Part shown: piece by piece, positions 1 through 9,915 of the stretch | Layout of the letters: every line of letters begins with the position of its first letter | Numbering within the stretch: position 1 is the stretch's first letter | Assembly: GCA_965116925.1 (NCBI GenBank) | Contig: OZ220744.1 | Coordinates: 2,080,001-2,144,000 of the forward strand | Direction of reading: 5' to 3' | From: Candidatus Poribacteria bacterium | GTDB lineage: Bacteria > Poribacteria > WGA-4E > PCPOR2b | Length of the DNA stretch: 64,000 bases | Notes under the pieces: generated by a model | What the model saw: only the letters and a program-made list of their open reading frames with translations | The model's database searches: none | Told to the model about the DNA's origin: nothing | Program-made: the position numbers and the translations under genes

Positions 1-930
1 CTCCATCTTACAGGGACTGACCGAGCAGCATACCTCCACCGCATTATCTCTAATGATGTGGAAGGACTTTCGATTGGAGAGGGAAACTACGCAACCATTC
101 TAACAAATCGTGGGAAGATCATCGCGGACATGAAAGTCTACGTTTTCGAGGAGTCTATCGGTATCGAGACCAACGCCGAAACGACATCAATCCTCTATCA
201 GGAGCTAGACAAATATCTGATTGCCGACGACGTGACCATCGAAGACTTCACTGAGCGCACCGGTGCTGTTGGCATCCACGGACCAAAATCCGCTGAATTG
301 CTTCAGGAGGTCTGTGGATTTGATGTTCGGAATCTCCCGGAATATCACAGCATTGTCGATGAAATTGACGGACGATGGATCGTCTGTGTTCGTGCCAACG
401 AGACCGGCGAGGTTGGATACAATCTGTGCACCGCATCTGAATCGATGGAGTGGCTGTGGGATACTATCCTGACAAAAGGACGAGTCTTTGACACAGAGCC
501 TGTAGGTTTAACCGCCTTGAACAGCCTCCGAATTGAAGCGGGTATCCCGCAATTCGGAGCAGAACTGGGCGATTCGATTTTCCCTGGGGAAGCGGAGTTG
601 GAACAGGCAATTAGTTTTGAGAAAGGATGCTATATCGGTCAGGAGATTGTTGCGCGTATGAAGTATCGAGGGCACCCGAACCGTCTGCTCCGCGGATTTG
701 AAATCGCGAGCGACACCCCACCCCAAAGCGGTGCCCGTCTCTTTGATGAAGATAAGGAGATAGGTTGGCTGACTAGTGCAGTTGTTTCACCCACGCTTGG
801 AAAGACAATTGGGATGGGATATATCCGCGTCGCATTTACAGATGAAGGGAATCAGGTGGAAGTCGAAACAGCAGATAGTCGAGCGAACACCACGGTTAAG
901 TTATTACCCTTTTATCAGTGTGATGCGTGA
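1..930 (+). CDS. GcvT/YgfZ-like folate-binding aminomethyltransferase family protein, 5'-partial
   Basis: Frame is open from base 1 (LHLTGTDRAAYLHRIISND...). It contains the YgfZ-type signature KGCYIGQEIVAR and a GcvT C-terminal barrel (IGWLTSAVVSPTLGKTIGMGYI). Confidence 0.85.
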   Translation, partial: LHLTGTDRAAYLHRIISNDVEGLSIGEGNYATILTNRGKIIADMKVYVFEESIGIETNAETTSILYQELDKYLIADDVTIEDFTERTGAVGIHGPKSAELLQEVCGFDVRNLPEYHSIVDEIDGRWIVCVRANETGEVGYNLCTASESMEWLWDTILTKGRVFDTEPVGLTALNSLRIEAGIPQFGAELGDSIFPGEAELEQAISFEKGCYIGQEIVARMKYRGHPNRLLRGFEIASDTPPQSGARLFDEDKEIGWLTSAVVSPTLGKTIGMGYIRVAFTDEGNQVEVETADSRANTTVKLLPFYQCDA

Positions 931-1005
931 TTTTGAGGCTAGGTGGATTTCACATCGGAAGCCTCCGGGCCCAGACAAGATACCGCTTTGAAGTCACCTT
1001 TTGGT

Positions 1006-1034
1006 TTGACAAAGATATACCTTTTTGTTAAACT
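1006..1034 (+). promoter_or_regulatory. Sigma70-type promoter for the DUF485/actP operon
   Basis: TTGACA (1006-1011), 17-bp spacer, TG-n-TAAACT (1029-1034). Confidence 0.6.
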
Positions 1035-1100
1035 CTGTGCCAATTTGGAGCCAGTTGTCTCCGCGTCTACCGCGAAAACCCAAAGTGAGGGAAGAATAAT

Positions 1101-1373
1101 ATGACAGGAAACGATAAAAACCGTGCCTATTGGAAAAAGAACCTGCAATATCTTGGGACTTTATTGGCAGTATGGTTCATCGTCTCTTACGGCTGTGCTA
1201 TCCTGTTTGTCAACCAGCTCGACAAAATCAAAATTGGCGGTTTCCGTCTCGGTTTTTGGTTCGCACAACAAGGGTCGATTTATGTTTTTGTCGTGTTAAT
1301 TTTCATCTATGTTTGTTTGATGAACCGCCTTGATAAACAGCACCGTGCATCCGAAAAAGAGGGGGAAGAATGA
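1101..1373 (+). CDS. Small membrane protein (DUF485/DUF4212), partner of a sodium:solute symporter
   Basis: YWKKNL...GFRLGFWFAQQGSIYVFV motif, two TM helices; overlaps the SSS gene start (ATGA). Confidence 0.9.
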   Translation: MTGNDKNRAYWKKNLQYLGTLLAVWFIVSYGCAILFVNQLDKIKIGGFRLGFWFAQQGSIYVFVVLIFIYVCLMNRLDKQHRASEKEGEE

Positions 1374-3076
1374 GCGTACAGGCGTGGACATTTGTAATGG
1401 TAGGCTTATCCTTCGCAATCTATATTGGCGTAGCGATCTGGTCTCGGGCAAGTTCAACGGGGGAGTTCTATATTGCCGGTGCGGGTGTGCCTCCAGTTGT
1501 CAACGGCATGGCGACGGCAGCCGATTGGATGAGCGCTGCATCGTTTATTTCGATGGCAGGTCTGATCTCGTTCATGGGACGCGATGGCTCGGTCTATCTC
1601 ATGGGTTGGACGGGTGGCTATGTATTGCTAGCATTATTGTTGGCACCGTATTTGCGAAAGTTCGGGAAGTACACCGTGCCTGATTTTGTCGGTGACCGAT
1701 ACTACTCGCGGACAGCCCGTATTGTTGCGGTTATATGTGCGATTTTTGTGTCCTTCACGTATGTTGCAGGGCAGATGCGCGGTGTCGGCATCGTCTTTTC
1801 AAGGTTTCTGAACGTTGACATCACCTTGGGCGTGCTGATCGGCATGGGCATCGTGTTCTTTTACGCGGTGCTAGGTGGTATGAAGGGGATCACCTATACG
1901 CAGGTCGCACAATATTGTGTCCTCATCTTCGCTTTCCTGGTGCCCGCAATTTTCATATCGCTGTTGATGACAGGTAACATTATCCCGCAGCTCGGTTTTG
2001 GTGGAGTATTGGCAGACGGGTCTGGGGAATTCTTGCTTGACAGACTCAACGGATTAAGTCAAGAACTCGGTTTCGATACATACACCGATGGGCGTAAAGC
2101 GACAATTGATGTTTTCTGTATCACGGCGGCACTGATGGTCGGCACCGCTGGTCTGCCGCATGTGATTGTCCGCTTCTATACGGTGCCGAGGGTTTCTGCA
2201 GCGCGGAGTTCCGCGGGTTGGGCGCTGTTCTTTATTGCTATCCTTTATACAACCGCTCCTGCGGTGGCAGCATTCGCTCGAACCAATCTATTAAATACAG
2301 TTTCGGACGCAAAATACACAGAAGTTCCGGGCTGGTTCAAGAATTGGGAAACGACAGGACTTATCAAATTTGATGACAAGAATGAGGACGGTAGTATTCA
2401 GTATCGGGGGACACACTCGGAGACGGAAAATGAGTTGACGATCGATCGTGACATTATGGTGCTTGCGAACCCTGAAATCGCCAAGCTGCCGAATTGGGTT
2501 GTCGGATTGGTTGCCGCAGGTGGATTGGCGGCTGCGCTCTCAACAGCGGCGGGGTTGTTGTTAGTGATTTCAACGTCGATTGCCCACGACCTATTGAAGC
2601 GAGAGCTAGTCCAGGAGATTAGCGAGAAAGGTGAGTTAATTGCTGCGCGCATCGCAGCAGGTGTTGCCGTTTGTATTGCGGGCTATTTTGGTATCAATCC
2701 GCCCGGCTTCGTTGGACAGGTGGTTGCATTCGCATTCGGCTTGGCTGCTGCCTCATTCTTCCCGGCAATCATTATGGGTATTTTCTGGAAACGGATGAAC
2801 AACATCGGCGCGATCAGTGGCATGATTGTTGGCATTACCTTCACAGCATGTTATATCATTTTCTTTAAGTTCATCAGTCCTGAACTGAATGTTCCCGCGC
2901 ACTGGTTGTTCGGCATATCCCCAGAAGGCATCGGAACGCTTGGCATGGCACTCAACTTTTTGGTGTCAGTTCCCGTCTCTTTACTCACGGCACCACCACC
3001 GTCTGAAGTCCAAGAGCTTGTTGACAATATCCGCAGCCCTCAAGATGCAGGACCGCCCCACGAATTATCTGTTTGA
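1370..3076 (+). CDS. actP: Cation/acetate symporter ActP-like, sodium:solute symporter family
   Basis: NGMATAADWMSAASF, GTAGLPHVIVRFYTVP and AAGGLAAALSTAAGLL motifs; 568 aa, multiple TM helices. Confidence 0.85.
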   Translation: MSVQAWTFVMVGLSFAIYIGVAIWSRASSTGEFYIAGAGVPPVVNGMATAADWMSAASFISMAGLISFMGRDGSVYLMGWTGGYVLLALLLAPYLRKFGKYTVPDFVGDRYYSRTARIVAVICAIFVSFTYVAGQMRGVGIVFSRFLNVDITLGVLIGMGIVFFYAVLGGMKGITYTQVAQYCVLIFAFLVPAIFISLLMTGNIIPQLGFGGVLADGSGEFLLDRLNGLSQELGFDTYTDGRKATIDVFCITAALMVGTAGLPHVIVRFYTVPRVSAARSSAGWALFFIAILYTTAPAVAAFARTNLLNTVSDAKYTEVPGWFKNWETTGLIKFDDKNEDGSIQYRGTHSETENELTIDRDIMVLANPEIAKLPNWVVGLVAAGGLAAALSTAAGLLLVISTSIAHDLLKRELVQEISEKGELIAARIAAGVAVCIAGYFGINPPGFVGQVVAFAFGLAAASFFPAIIMGIFWKRMNNIGAISGMIVGITFTACYIIFFKFISPELNVPAHWLFGISPEGIGTLGMALNFLVSVPVSLLTAPPPSEVQELVDNIRSPQDAGPPHELSV

Positions 3077-3182
3077 TTGACGTTTTTTTGCAAACGATCA
3101 CCGCTACTTTCGCCAATCCATCGGTTTTATACGGGAACCGAAATCTGGACGATTACAACAGAAAAACAGGAACGTGAATAGT

Positions 3183-3221
3183 CTCGTTTTCCCGTTCTCT
3201 CGTTTTCCCGTTTTCTTTCCC
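3183..3221. repeat. Short 9-mer tandem repeat (TTTTCCCG/TTCTCTCG type)
   Basis: CTCGTTTTCCCGTTCTCTCGTTTTCCCGTTTTCTTTCCC; a related tract lies at ~21709-21739. Confidence 0.6.
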
Positions 3222-3287
3222 TGGTGTTTCTACGCCATTGCGACTTTGCGTTACATTTTGAGTCTGTTGGTTTAGATAAGGAAATCT

Positions 3288-4457
3288 ATGCTACCTTGGC
3301 TATCTTGGAATCGTAATTTTCGATTATTGGCAGTAGCCGTCTTCGGAGCTGGCATCTTTTTTGGCGTTAATTCTTCGCTTTTCCATAATTTTATAGTCGA
3401 GGAAATCGGCATTGAAGCCCATGAGTTGGGCTATATGGAATCACTACGAGAAGTCCCCGGTTTTCTTAACGCCCTCTTTATCGCAGTGACAGTCCTTTTG
3501 TCGCCGCCGTTGATTGGTGGAATCGCGCTGATTGTGATGGGATTCGGTTTAGCGTTATACTCGCAAGCAAACAGTTTTGCAGCGGTGCTTATCTATTCAT
3601 TTGTGTGGAGTATCGGGTTTCACGCATGGCTGCCGTTGCGAGGGACAATGTCAATCTTCTATTCAGAAGGAGAGGAGAAAGGAAAGTGGCTTGGTGGCTT
3701 GCGGAGCGTTGAAGGGCTTTCGATGCTAGCCGCAATTATCTTGTGCAAGTTGACCGTGGATGTGTTAGAATTTGGAGGTTTATTCCAAATTGGGGGTACA
3801 ATGGCTGCCATTGGAGGTATTGCCTTAATGTTCGCCTCACGTCAGTTGCAGACTGAGCGTGAAAATCGTTTTGTGTTGAGAAAACGCTACTGGCTCTATT
3901 ATCTGTTATCTTTTCTACAAGGTTGGCGCAGACAAATTTTCATGATCTTTGCCGTTTACACCCTTGTGAAAGTGCACGGCACCGATCGGGACACAATTAT
4001 CAAGCTCGTTTTGATTAATCAATTTGTTGTTTTGCTCTTTTCACCGTTGATGGGTTGGCTCGTGGATAAACTCGGTGAGCGCATTATGTTGAGCGCGAGC
4101 TATATCGGTTTAACTTTTATATTCGTTGGATACGCGCTGCTGAAAAACCCACATCATTTATACGTTCTCTACTGCCTTGATAACTTCCTGTTTGTCGGTG
4201 GAATCGCGATGACGACTTACGTGAACAAGATTGCATCCAGAAGCGACCTTAAGCCAACGCTGGCGATGGGCGTTACCATGAACCACATTTCAGCGGTGGG
4301 TGCCCCGTTAGTCGGGGGATTGGTATGGATGAAATTCGGCTACGAGATCATCTTTCTCAGTGGAGGGGCTGTCGCGTTTATCACGCTAATCGTCACGCAG
4401 TGGATGAAGACCCAGCCTTTACTCGCCGGTGCCGAACCGGAAGTGGCTGCAGATTAG
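3288..4457 (+). CDS. MFS transporter
   Basis: 389 aa, about 12 hydrophobic segments, motif A-like GWLVDKLGER. Confidence 0.85.
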   Translation: MLPWLSWNRNFRLLAVAVFGAGIFFGVNSSLFHNFIVEEIGIEAHELGYMESLREVPGFLNALFIAVTVLLSPPLIGGIALIVMGFGLALYSQANSFAAVLIYSFVWSIGFHAWLPLRGTMSIFYSEGEEKGKWLGGLRSVEGLSMLAAIILCKLTVDVLEFGGLFQIGGTMAAIGGIALMFASRQLQTERENRFVLRKRYWLYYLLSFLQGWRRQIFMIFAVYTLVKVHGTDRDTIIKLVLINQFVVLLFSPLMGWLVDKLGERIMLSASYIGLTFIFVGYALLKNPHHLYVLYCLDNFLFVGGIAMTTYVNKIASRSDLKPTLAMGVTMNHISAVGAPLVGGLVWMKFGYEIIFLSGGAVAFITLIVTQWMKTQPLLAGAEPEVAAD

Positions 4458-4548
4458 AGCATACAACAATCGAGAAACTCCTATTTTATATATTACGTAA
4501 TATCACAATACGTTTTATCGATTTCAATTATTGTCTGGAGCATTTATA

Positions 4549-6825
4549 ATGTCTAAATCATTGGTTGTTGTTGAGTCTCCCGCGAAAGCGAAGACAATCA
4601 ACAAGTTACTTGGTCAAGATTACGTTGTGCGTTCTTCAGTGGGGCACATTCGTGATTTACCTGCGAAAAAGCTGGGTGTGGATGTTGAAAATGGGTTCTC
4701 TCCGGAATATATCACCATCCGGGGCAAAGGTGAAGTCATCAAGAAAATTCAGGCTGAGGCAAAAAAAACTGATGCGATCTACCTCGCTGCCGATCCTGAC
4801 CGAGAAGGTGAAGCGATCTGCTGGCATATTGCAGAAACGCTAAAGAGCGCGAAAAAGCCAATCTACCGGGTAACCTATAACGAGATTACCGAAGGTGCAA
4901 TCCGAGCGGCGATGGAGAATCCCGGTGAAATTGATCAGCGGCTGGTGGATTCCCAACAGGCTCGGCGTGTTTTGGATCGGTTGGTCGGCTATCAAATCAG
5001 CCCAATCTTATGGCGCAATGTGAAACCGGGGTTAAGTGCCGGAAGGGTGCAATCTGTCGCTGTGCGGCTTATATGTGAGCGGGAAGCGGAGATTGAAGCC
5101 TTTGTCCCCCAAGAGTATTGGACGATTACGGCGAATCTAACAGGGAAAATCCCACCGCCGCTTAATGCGAAGTTGCTCCAAATCGGATCGGAGAAGGGGA
5201 CTATAAGCACCTACGGCTTCCCCATTGATGAAGCACGGGCAGCAGCAATCGTCGAAGATGCAAGAACAAAACCATTTATTGTCAAAGACATCAAGAAACA
5301 GGAGCGTAAACGGAGACCTGTTCCGCCATTCATCACGAGTACGTTACAACAGGAAGCATCGCGCAAACTCCGGTTTACCGCCAAACGCACGATGTCGGCT
5401 GCCCAACAGCTGTATGAAGGGTTGAATGTGGGAACGGAGGGGGCGGTTGGTTTGATTACCTACATGCGGACTGATTCAACTCGCGTTGCGGAGGAAGCAC
5501 TCGAAGAAGCGCGAGAATACATCAGAAAAACTTACGGGGCAGACTATCTTCCGAAGAACGCTGTGCGTTACAGGAGCAAAGGGGGAGCGCAGGATGCACA
5601 CGAAGCGATTCGGCCAACTTCGGTTGAACGAACACCTCAATCCCTAAAAGCGTATCTTTCTCCGGAACAACATCGACTGTATGATCTGATTTGGAAACGG
5701 TTCGTCGCTAGTCAGATAAACCCCGCTATTTTGGATGTGACGACGATTGATATTTCCGCGGAGGAATATCTGTTCCGTGCAACCGGGTCAATCCTCAAGT
5801 TCGATGGATTCATGCGGCTCTACCGAGAAGGGCATGACGACAGCAGCACAGGATCTAACAGAGATGACGACACGGATGCAATTTTACCTGCGCTGGAAAT
5901 TGGCGAGCAGCTTGACCTGCGCAAACTGACGCCTAAACAGCACTATACGCAGCCACCACCTCGATATACCGAAGCGACCCTCGTTAAAGCATTGGAAGAG
6001 AAGGGAATCGGCCGTCCGAGTACGTATGCGGCAATTATCTCGACAATTCAAGATCGGGAGTATGTAGTCAAGGAGGAGCGGCGTTTTCAGCCGACGGATG
6101 TTGGGAAGTTAGTCAATCAGTTGTTGATTAAAGGATTCCCTGATATCCTCGATACGCAATTTACGGCAAAGATGGAAGATCAACTCGATGAGATTGCCGA
6201 AGGAAAATCAGACTGGGTAGGCGTTCTGAGTGCGTTTTATGCACCTTTTAATCATGCCTTAGAGGCGGCACCGGCTGTGATGAATGAAGCGCGTAAGGAT
6301 ATGGAGGAAGAGTCTGATGAAGTGTGCGAAAAGTGCAACAGCAAGATGATAATTAAGTGGGGGAGATATGGTCGTTTCCTCGGTTGTTCAAATTTTCCGG
6401 AGTGCCGGAACATCAAACGTCTAACAGAGGACGACACACCCCGCTCTGAAGAGGAGCCTACCGACGAAATCTGTGACAAATGTGGCAGTCCAATGGCAAT
6501 TAAAACCAGTCGTGCCGGTGGGAAATTCCTCGCGTGCACGGGGTATCCCAAGTGCAGAAATGCAAAGCCAATCAACATCGGTGTGGATTGCCCTGAGGCG
6601 GGCTGCGACGGTTATATCGGTGAGCGGCGCAGTAAACGCGGCAACGTCTTTTATGGTTGCAGCAACTATCCGAAATGTAATTTCGTTTCGTGGGATAAAC
6701 CGGTGAACAAGGAATGCCCAGAGTGCCAAGCACCGTTCCTCGTCGAAAAAGCAACGAAAACGAAGGGGCGTTACCTCGCTTGTAACGATAAAGAATGTGG
6801 TCACACGGAACCCTTGAACAGCTAA
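4549..6825 (+). CDS. topA: DNA topoisomerase I (type IA) with C-terminal zinc ribbons
   Basis: LVVVESPAKAKTI, DPDREGEAI, SAGRVQS, ITYMRTDS and GIGRPSTYA motifs plus C4 Zn ribbons. Start moved to ATG 4549, which follows GGAG. Confidence 0.97.
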   Translation: MSKSLVVVESPAKAKTINKLLGQDYVVRSSVGHIRDLPAKKLGVDVENGFSPEYITIRGKGEVIKKIQAEAKKTDAIYLAADPDREGEAICWHIAETLKSAKKPIYRVTYNEITEGAIRAAMENPGEIDQRLVDSQQARRVLDRLVGYQISPILWRNVKPGLSAGRVQSVAVRLICEREAEIEAFVPQEYWTITANLTGKIPPPLNAKLLQIGSEKGTISTYGFPIDEARAAAIVEDARTKPFIVKDIKKQERKRRPVPPFITSTLQQEASRKLRFTAKRTMSAAQQLYEGLNVGTEGAVGLITYMRTDSTRVAEEALEEAREYIRKTYGADYLPKNAVRYRSKGGAQDAHEAIRPTSVERTPQSLKAYLSPEQHRLYDLIWKRFVASQINPAILDVTTIDISAEEYLFRATGSILKFDGFMRLYREGHDDSSTGSNRDDDTDAILPALEIGEQLDLRKLTPKQHYTQPPPRYTEATLVKALEEKGIGRPSTYAAIISTIQDREYVVKEERRFQPTDVGKLVNQLLIKGFPDILDTQFTAKMEDQLDEIAEGKSDWVGVLSAFYAPFNHALEAAPAVMNEARKDMEEESDEVCEKCNSKMIIKWGRYGRFLGCSNFPECRNIKRLTEDDTPRSEEEPTDEICDKCGSPMAIKTSRAGGKFLACTGYPKCRNAKPINIGVDCPEAGCDGYIGERRSKRGNVFYGCSNYPKCNFVSWDKPVNKECPECQAPFLVEKATKTKGRYLACNDKECGHTEPLNS

Positions 6826-6886
6826 GGTGTTATGAGATATTCCCCAGTCAATCGCATTTAATAACGTAGAGGGTATTTTAATTGAA

Positions 6887-7543
6887 ATGATTCAGGTTTA
6901 CAACGTATCAATGAGTTATAAAGAGGACATTGAAGTCCTCCACGAGATTAACTTTGAGGTCAAAAAAGGGGAGTTTGTTTTTCTCGTTGGCACCAGTGGG
7001 GCAGGAAAAACAACGATTCTCCGACTCTTGTACCGGGAGCTAGTCCCCACCTCGGGACACATTGTCCTTGCGGGTCAAAATCTGTCCCAAATTTCTCGAT
7101 CGCAGATACCCTATCTGCGTCGAAGAATGGGCGTTATCTTTCAGGATTTCAAGCTGCTGCCGAATAAAACGGTTCAAGAAAACATTGCGCTTGCCATGAA
7201 AGTAACGGGAGCCAAGCGACCTCAGATTCGTCAGCAGGTCGATCAGCTCCTCCATCAGATGAGCTTGGTCCATCGGAAAGACGCACTGCCAGAGGACATT
7301 TCGGGCGGGGAGCAGCAACGTGTCGCAATCGCCCGGGCAATGGCAAACGACCCCGTGGTGCTCCTCGCTGATGAACCGACAGGGAATTTGGATCCAAAAC
7401 TGTCACTTGATATTATGCATTTCTTTGAGAATTTCAATTTCCGTGGGACAACAGTAATGGTTGCAACGCACGATCTCTCACTCGTCCAGCAACTCGGAAA
7501 GCGTGTGATACGTATTGAAGATGGTAGAAATGTTGAAGAGTGA
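6887..7543 (+). CDS. ftsE: Cell-division ABC ATPase FtsE
   Basis: GTSGAGKTT Walker A, IPYLRRRMGVIFQDFKLL, SGGEQQRVAIARA, ADEPTGNLD. Confidence 0.88.
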   Translation: MIQVYNVSMSYKEDIEVLHEINFEVKKGEFVFLVGTSGAGKTTILRLLYRELVPTSGHIVLAGQNLSQISRSQIPYLRRRMGVIFQDFKLLPNKTVQENIALAMKVTGAKRPQIRQQVDQLLHQMSLVHRKDALPEDISGGEQQRVAIARAMANDPVVLLADEPTGNLDPKLSLDIMHFFENFNFRGTTVMVATHDLSLVQQLGKRVIRIEDGRNVEE

Positions 7544-7705
7544 TGATGCGTAAAAGGAGCAACACTCCCAGATCTGGCAAGTTAGTCTCTAAAGTTGGGT
7601 TCCAAGGTGCAGTTGCCCGCCATTTTGAAGACAGTTTACGCAAGCCAAGTATATAACCGCTGCAGCCAAATTGCCCGGATAGATTGGGATTCCGCTACGC
7701 TCAAC

Positions 7706-8101
7706 ATGACATTGCAATTTTTCAGTCCGCCAGAAGCAAAGATTCTTACAGTTCTCATCAAACGCATGGTGGGGACAGATTTCCCCGATGTAGAGCACTC
7801 TCCCACGGTGACAACTATTGATGCTTTCGTTGTCGGGCTACCGTTAAACTTACGGGTGCAACTCCGCCGAGCACTTCATCTCTTTCAATGGTGCCCGATT
7901 TTGTTTGCCGGAAAGCTGCGTCCCTTTACCCGGCTCTCACCACATGATGCAGATACCTATATTCAATCTTGGGCGCAAAGTCGTATTGGGCTACGACGAC
8001 GTCTCTTTCGAGGCTTGCGAGATCTAACATTTCTCGGCTATTACAGCCAATTCGCTGCCGACATCTACCAAACCTCAGCTGACAATCCAGAGAGAAGATG
8101 A
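7706..8101 (+). CDS. Gluconate-2-dehydrogenase subunit 3-like accessory protein
   Basis: Small helical protein (RPFTRLS...W..SR...RR.LF.GL..L.FLGYY) overlapping the GMC gene start. ATG 7706 is preferred over the upstream TTG. Confidence 0.65.
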   Translation: MTLQFFSPPEAKILTVLIKRMVGTDFPDVEHSPTVTTIDAFVVGLPLNLRVQLRRALHLFQWCPILFAGKLRPFTRLSPHDADTYIQSWAQSRIGLRRRLFRGLRDLTFLGYYSQFAADIYQTSADNPERR

Positions 8102-9699
8102 TTATCCAAGGGCGTACCGTAAGCCAGGATCTTCGCGAAACAGTTGATGTCTGCGTGATTGGATCAGGAGCGGGTGGTGCTGTGGCTGCCAAGGAACTCG
8201 CTCAAGCCGGACTTTCGGTGGTCATACTAGAGGCGGGCGAAAATCATGATTCAACGACATTCAGTCGGCACACGCCGGAGATGATGCTTCGTCTGTTTTG
8301 GGATGGTGGCCTGCGAGCTACCCACGATGGCTCGGTGTTAATCTCTCAAGGACGGGGTGTAGGTGGTTCGACTGTCCATAATCTATGCTATGCAGTGCGT
8401 ACCCCCAACCCAATTTTGGAGAGATGGGAAGCCGAGTTCGGGATTCAGGATCTGTCGCCGAACGATCTCAGCCCTTCCCTCGACCGGGTGGAGGCGACCT
8501 TAGGGGTGAAGCAAATTCAGGAGGAGCAGGTCAACAGGCTTAACGGAATCGTTCGGCGAGGCTGCTTAGCCATGGGTTGGGGTGGGACTATACAGCGACA
8601 CAATCGTGGTCCCTGTCCAGATTGTTCGGCGGACTGTCTGCTAGGGTGTCCCGCTTCCCAACCGGGAATTGGGAAGCAGAGCATGGCGGTCAGCTACATT
8701 CCCCAAGCACTGGAAGCGGGGGCTCGCCTCTACACCGACTGTCTCACCGAAGGGATTGTTGCGGAAAACGGGTGCGTGGTCGGAGTGACTGCCAGCTTGC
8801 TATCAAGGGATGCGGGGCTGCCTAGTCGAGATGATGCGAAAACTGACAGTTCCGATGCCTCAGAGAACAAGCGCAAGCGTGAAGTCTACCGTCTCACTGT
8901 TCGTAGCAAAACAATAGTTCTAGCAGCAGGCGCAATCAACTCGCCGCAACTCTGGTTGAACAGTCGCCTTCCCGATCCGGGAAAGCAGGTGGGACGTAAT
9001 TTGCACCTCCATCCTGCTATCTTTGTAGGCGGTCTTTTCGATGAGGTAGTTGATGCCTATCAGGGCATTCCGCAAAGTTTTTACGTTGACCATTTTCTGG
9101 ATCTGGCGCGTAACCCTGATAGTGGTTATCTACTCATGCCTGCTTTCGGCCCGATGGCACTAGTAGCAGCCAGCATGCCATCCTTCGGGAGAGAACACAA
9201 GGATCTGATGCGTTCTTACAGCAATATCGCTGGACTGCTTGTGTTACTTCATGATCGCTCTTCAGGACGGGTAACGGTGAATCGAAAAGGGAACCCGGTG
9301 ATTCGCTACCGTCTCAATCGCACCGATCGAGCATCATTAATCGAAGGGTTGATACACGGTGCCCAACTTCTTTTTGCCGCCGGTGCAAAGGAGATTACAC
9401 TTCCGTATACGCAACGAATTATTATTAAACGGGAGAGTGACCTTGAGATGATTCGTCAACGCGGCATTGTCGAGAACGATATTCTGATTGCCTCTAGCCA
9501 TCCCCAGGGTACGTTACGGATGGGAAGTCATCCGCATAAAAGTGTGGTAGATTCCTATGGGGAGGCACATGCTGTCAAGGGATTGTTCGTGGCTGATGCG
9601 AGTCTGTTGCCGACTTCAGTTGGCATTCCACCAATGTTGACCATTGCTGCCATGGCTGACCGAATTGCCCGACGAATGGCTGCAAACTGGCTGTCCTGA
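8098..9699 (+). CDS. GMC family FAD oxidoreductase (long-chain alcohol oxidase-like)
   Basis: VIGSGAGG FAD motif, GRGVGGST, SSHPQGTLRMG, VADASLLPTSVGIPPMLTI. Confidence 0.9.
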   Translation: MIIQGRTVSQDLRETVDVCVIGSGAGGAVAAKELAQAGLSVVILEAGENHDSTTFSRHTPEMMLRLFWDGGLRATHDGSVLISQGRGVGGSTVHNLCYAVRTPNPILERWEAEFGIQDLSPNDLSPSLDRVEATLGVKQIQEEQVNRLNGIVRRGCLAMGWGGTIQRHNRGPCPDCSADCLLGCPASQPGIGKQSMAVSYIPQALEAGARLYTDCLTEGIVAENGCVVGVTASLLSRDAGLPSRDDAKTDSSDASENKRKREVYRLTVRSKTIVLAAGAINSPQLWLNSRLPDPGKQVGRNLHLHPAIFVGGLFDEVVDAYQGIPQSFYVDHFLDLARNPDSGYLLMPAFGPMALVAASMPSFGREHKDLMRSYSNIAGLLVLLHDRSSGRVTVNRKGNPVIRYRLNRTDRASLIEGLIHGAQLLFAAGAKEITLPYTQRIIIKRESDLEMIRQRGIVENDILIASSHPQGTLRMGSHPHKSVVDSYGEAHAVKGLFVADASLLPTSVGIPPMLTIAAMADRIARRMAANWLS

Positions 9700-9915
9700 C
9701 TATGTTCCAATCAACTAACCTACCGATCATATTTCAGAAGTATCTATACCTCAGCAAAAACATCGCTTGGTTTCCGATCGAAACGACTCATGCTGGAAGG
9801 ACACTGACCGGACTCATTCACTACATTCAAGCGTATTGGCGTGAAGACCAGCCGATTCTGTCTTGTAATGCGTATGGACGGATATGGTGCTATATCCAAT
9901 AACTAGGAGGTTTCA

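Noticed and set aside
9702..9902. 66-aa ORF
   Set aside because: No RBS or recognisable motif; probably intergenic/promoter DNA.
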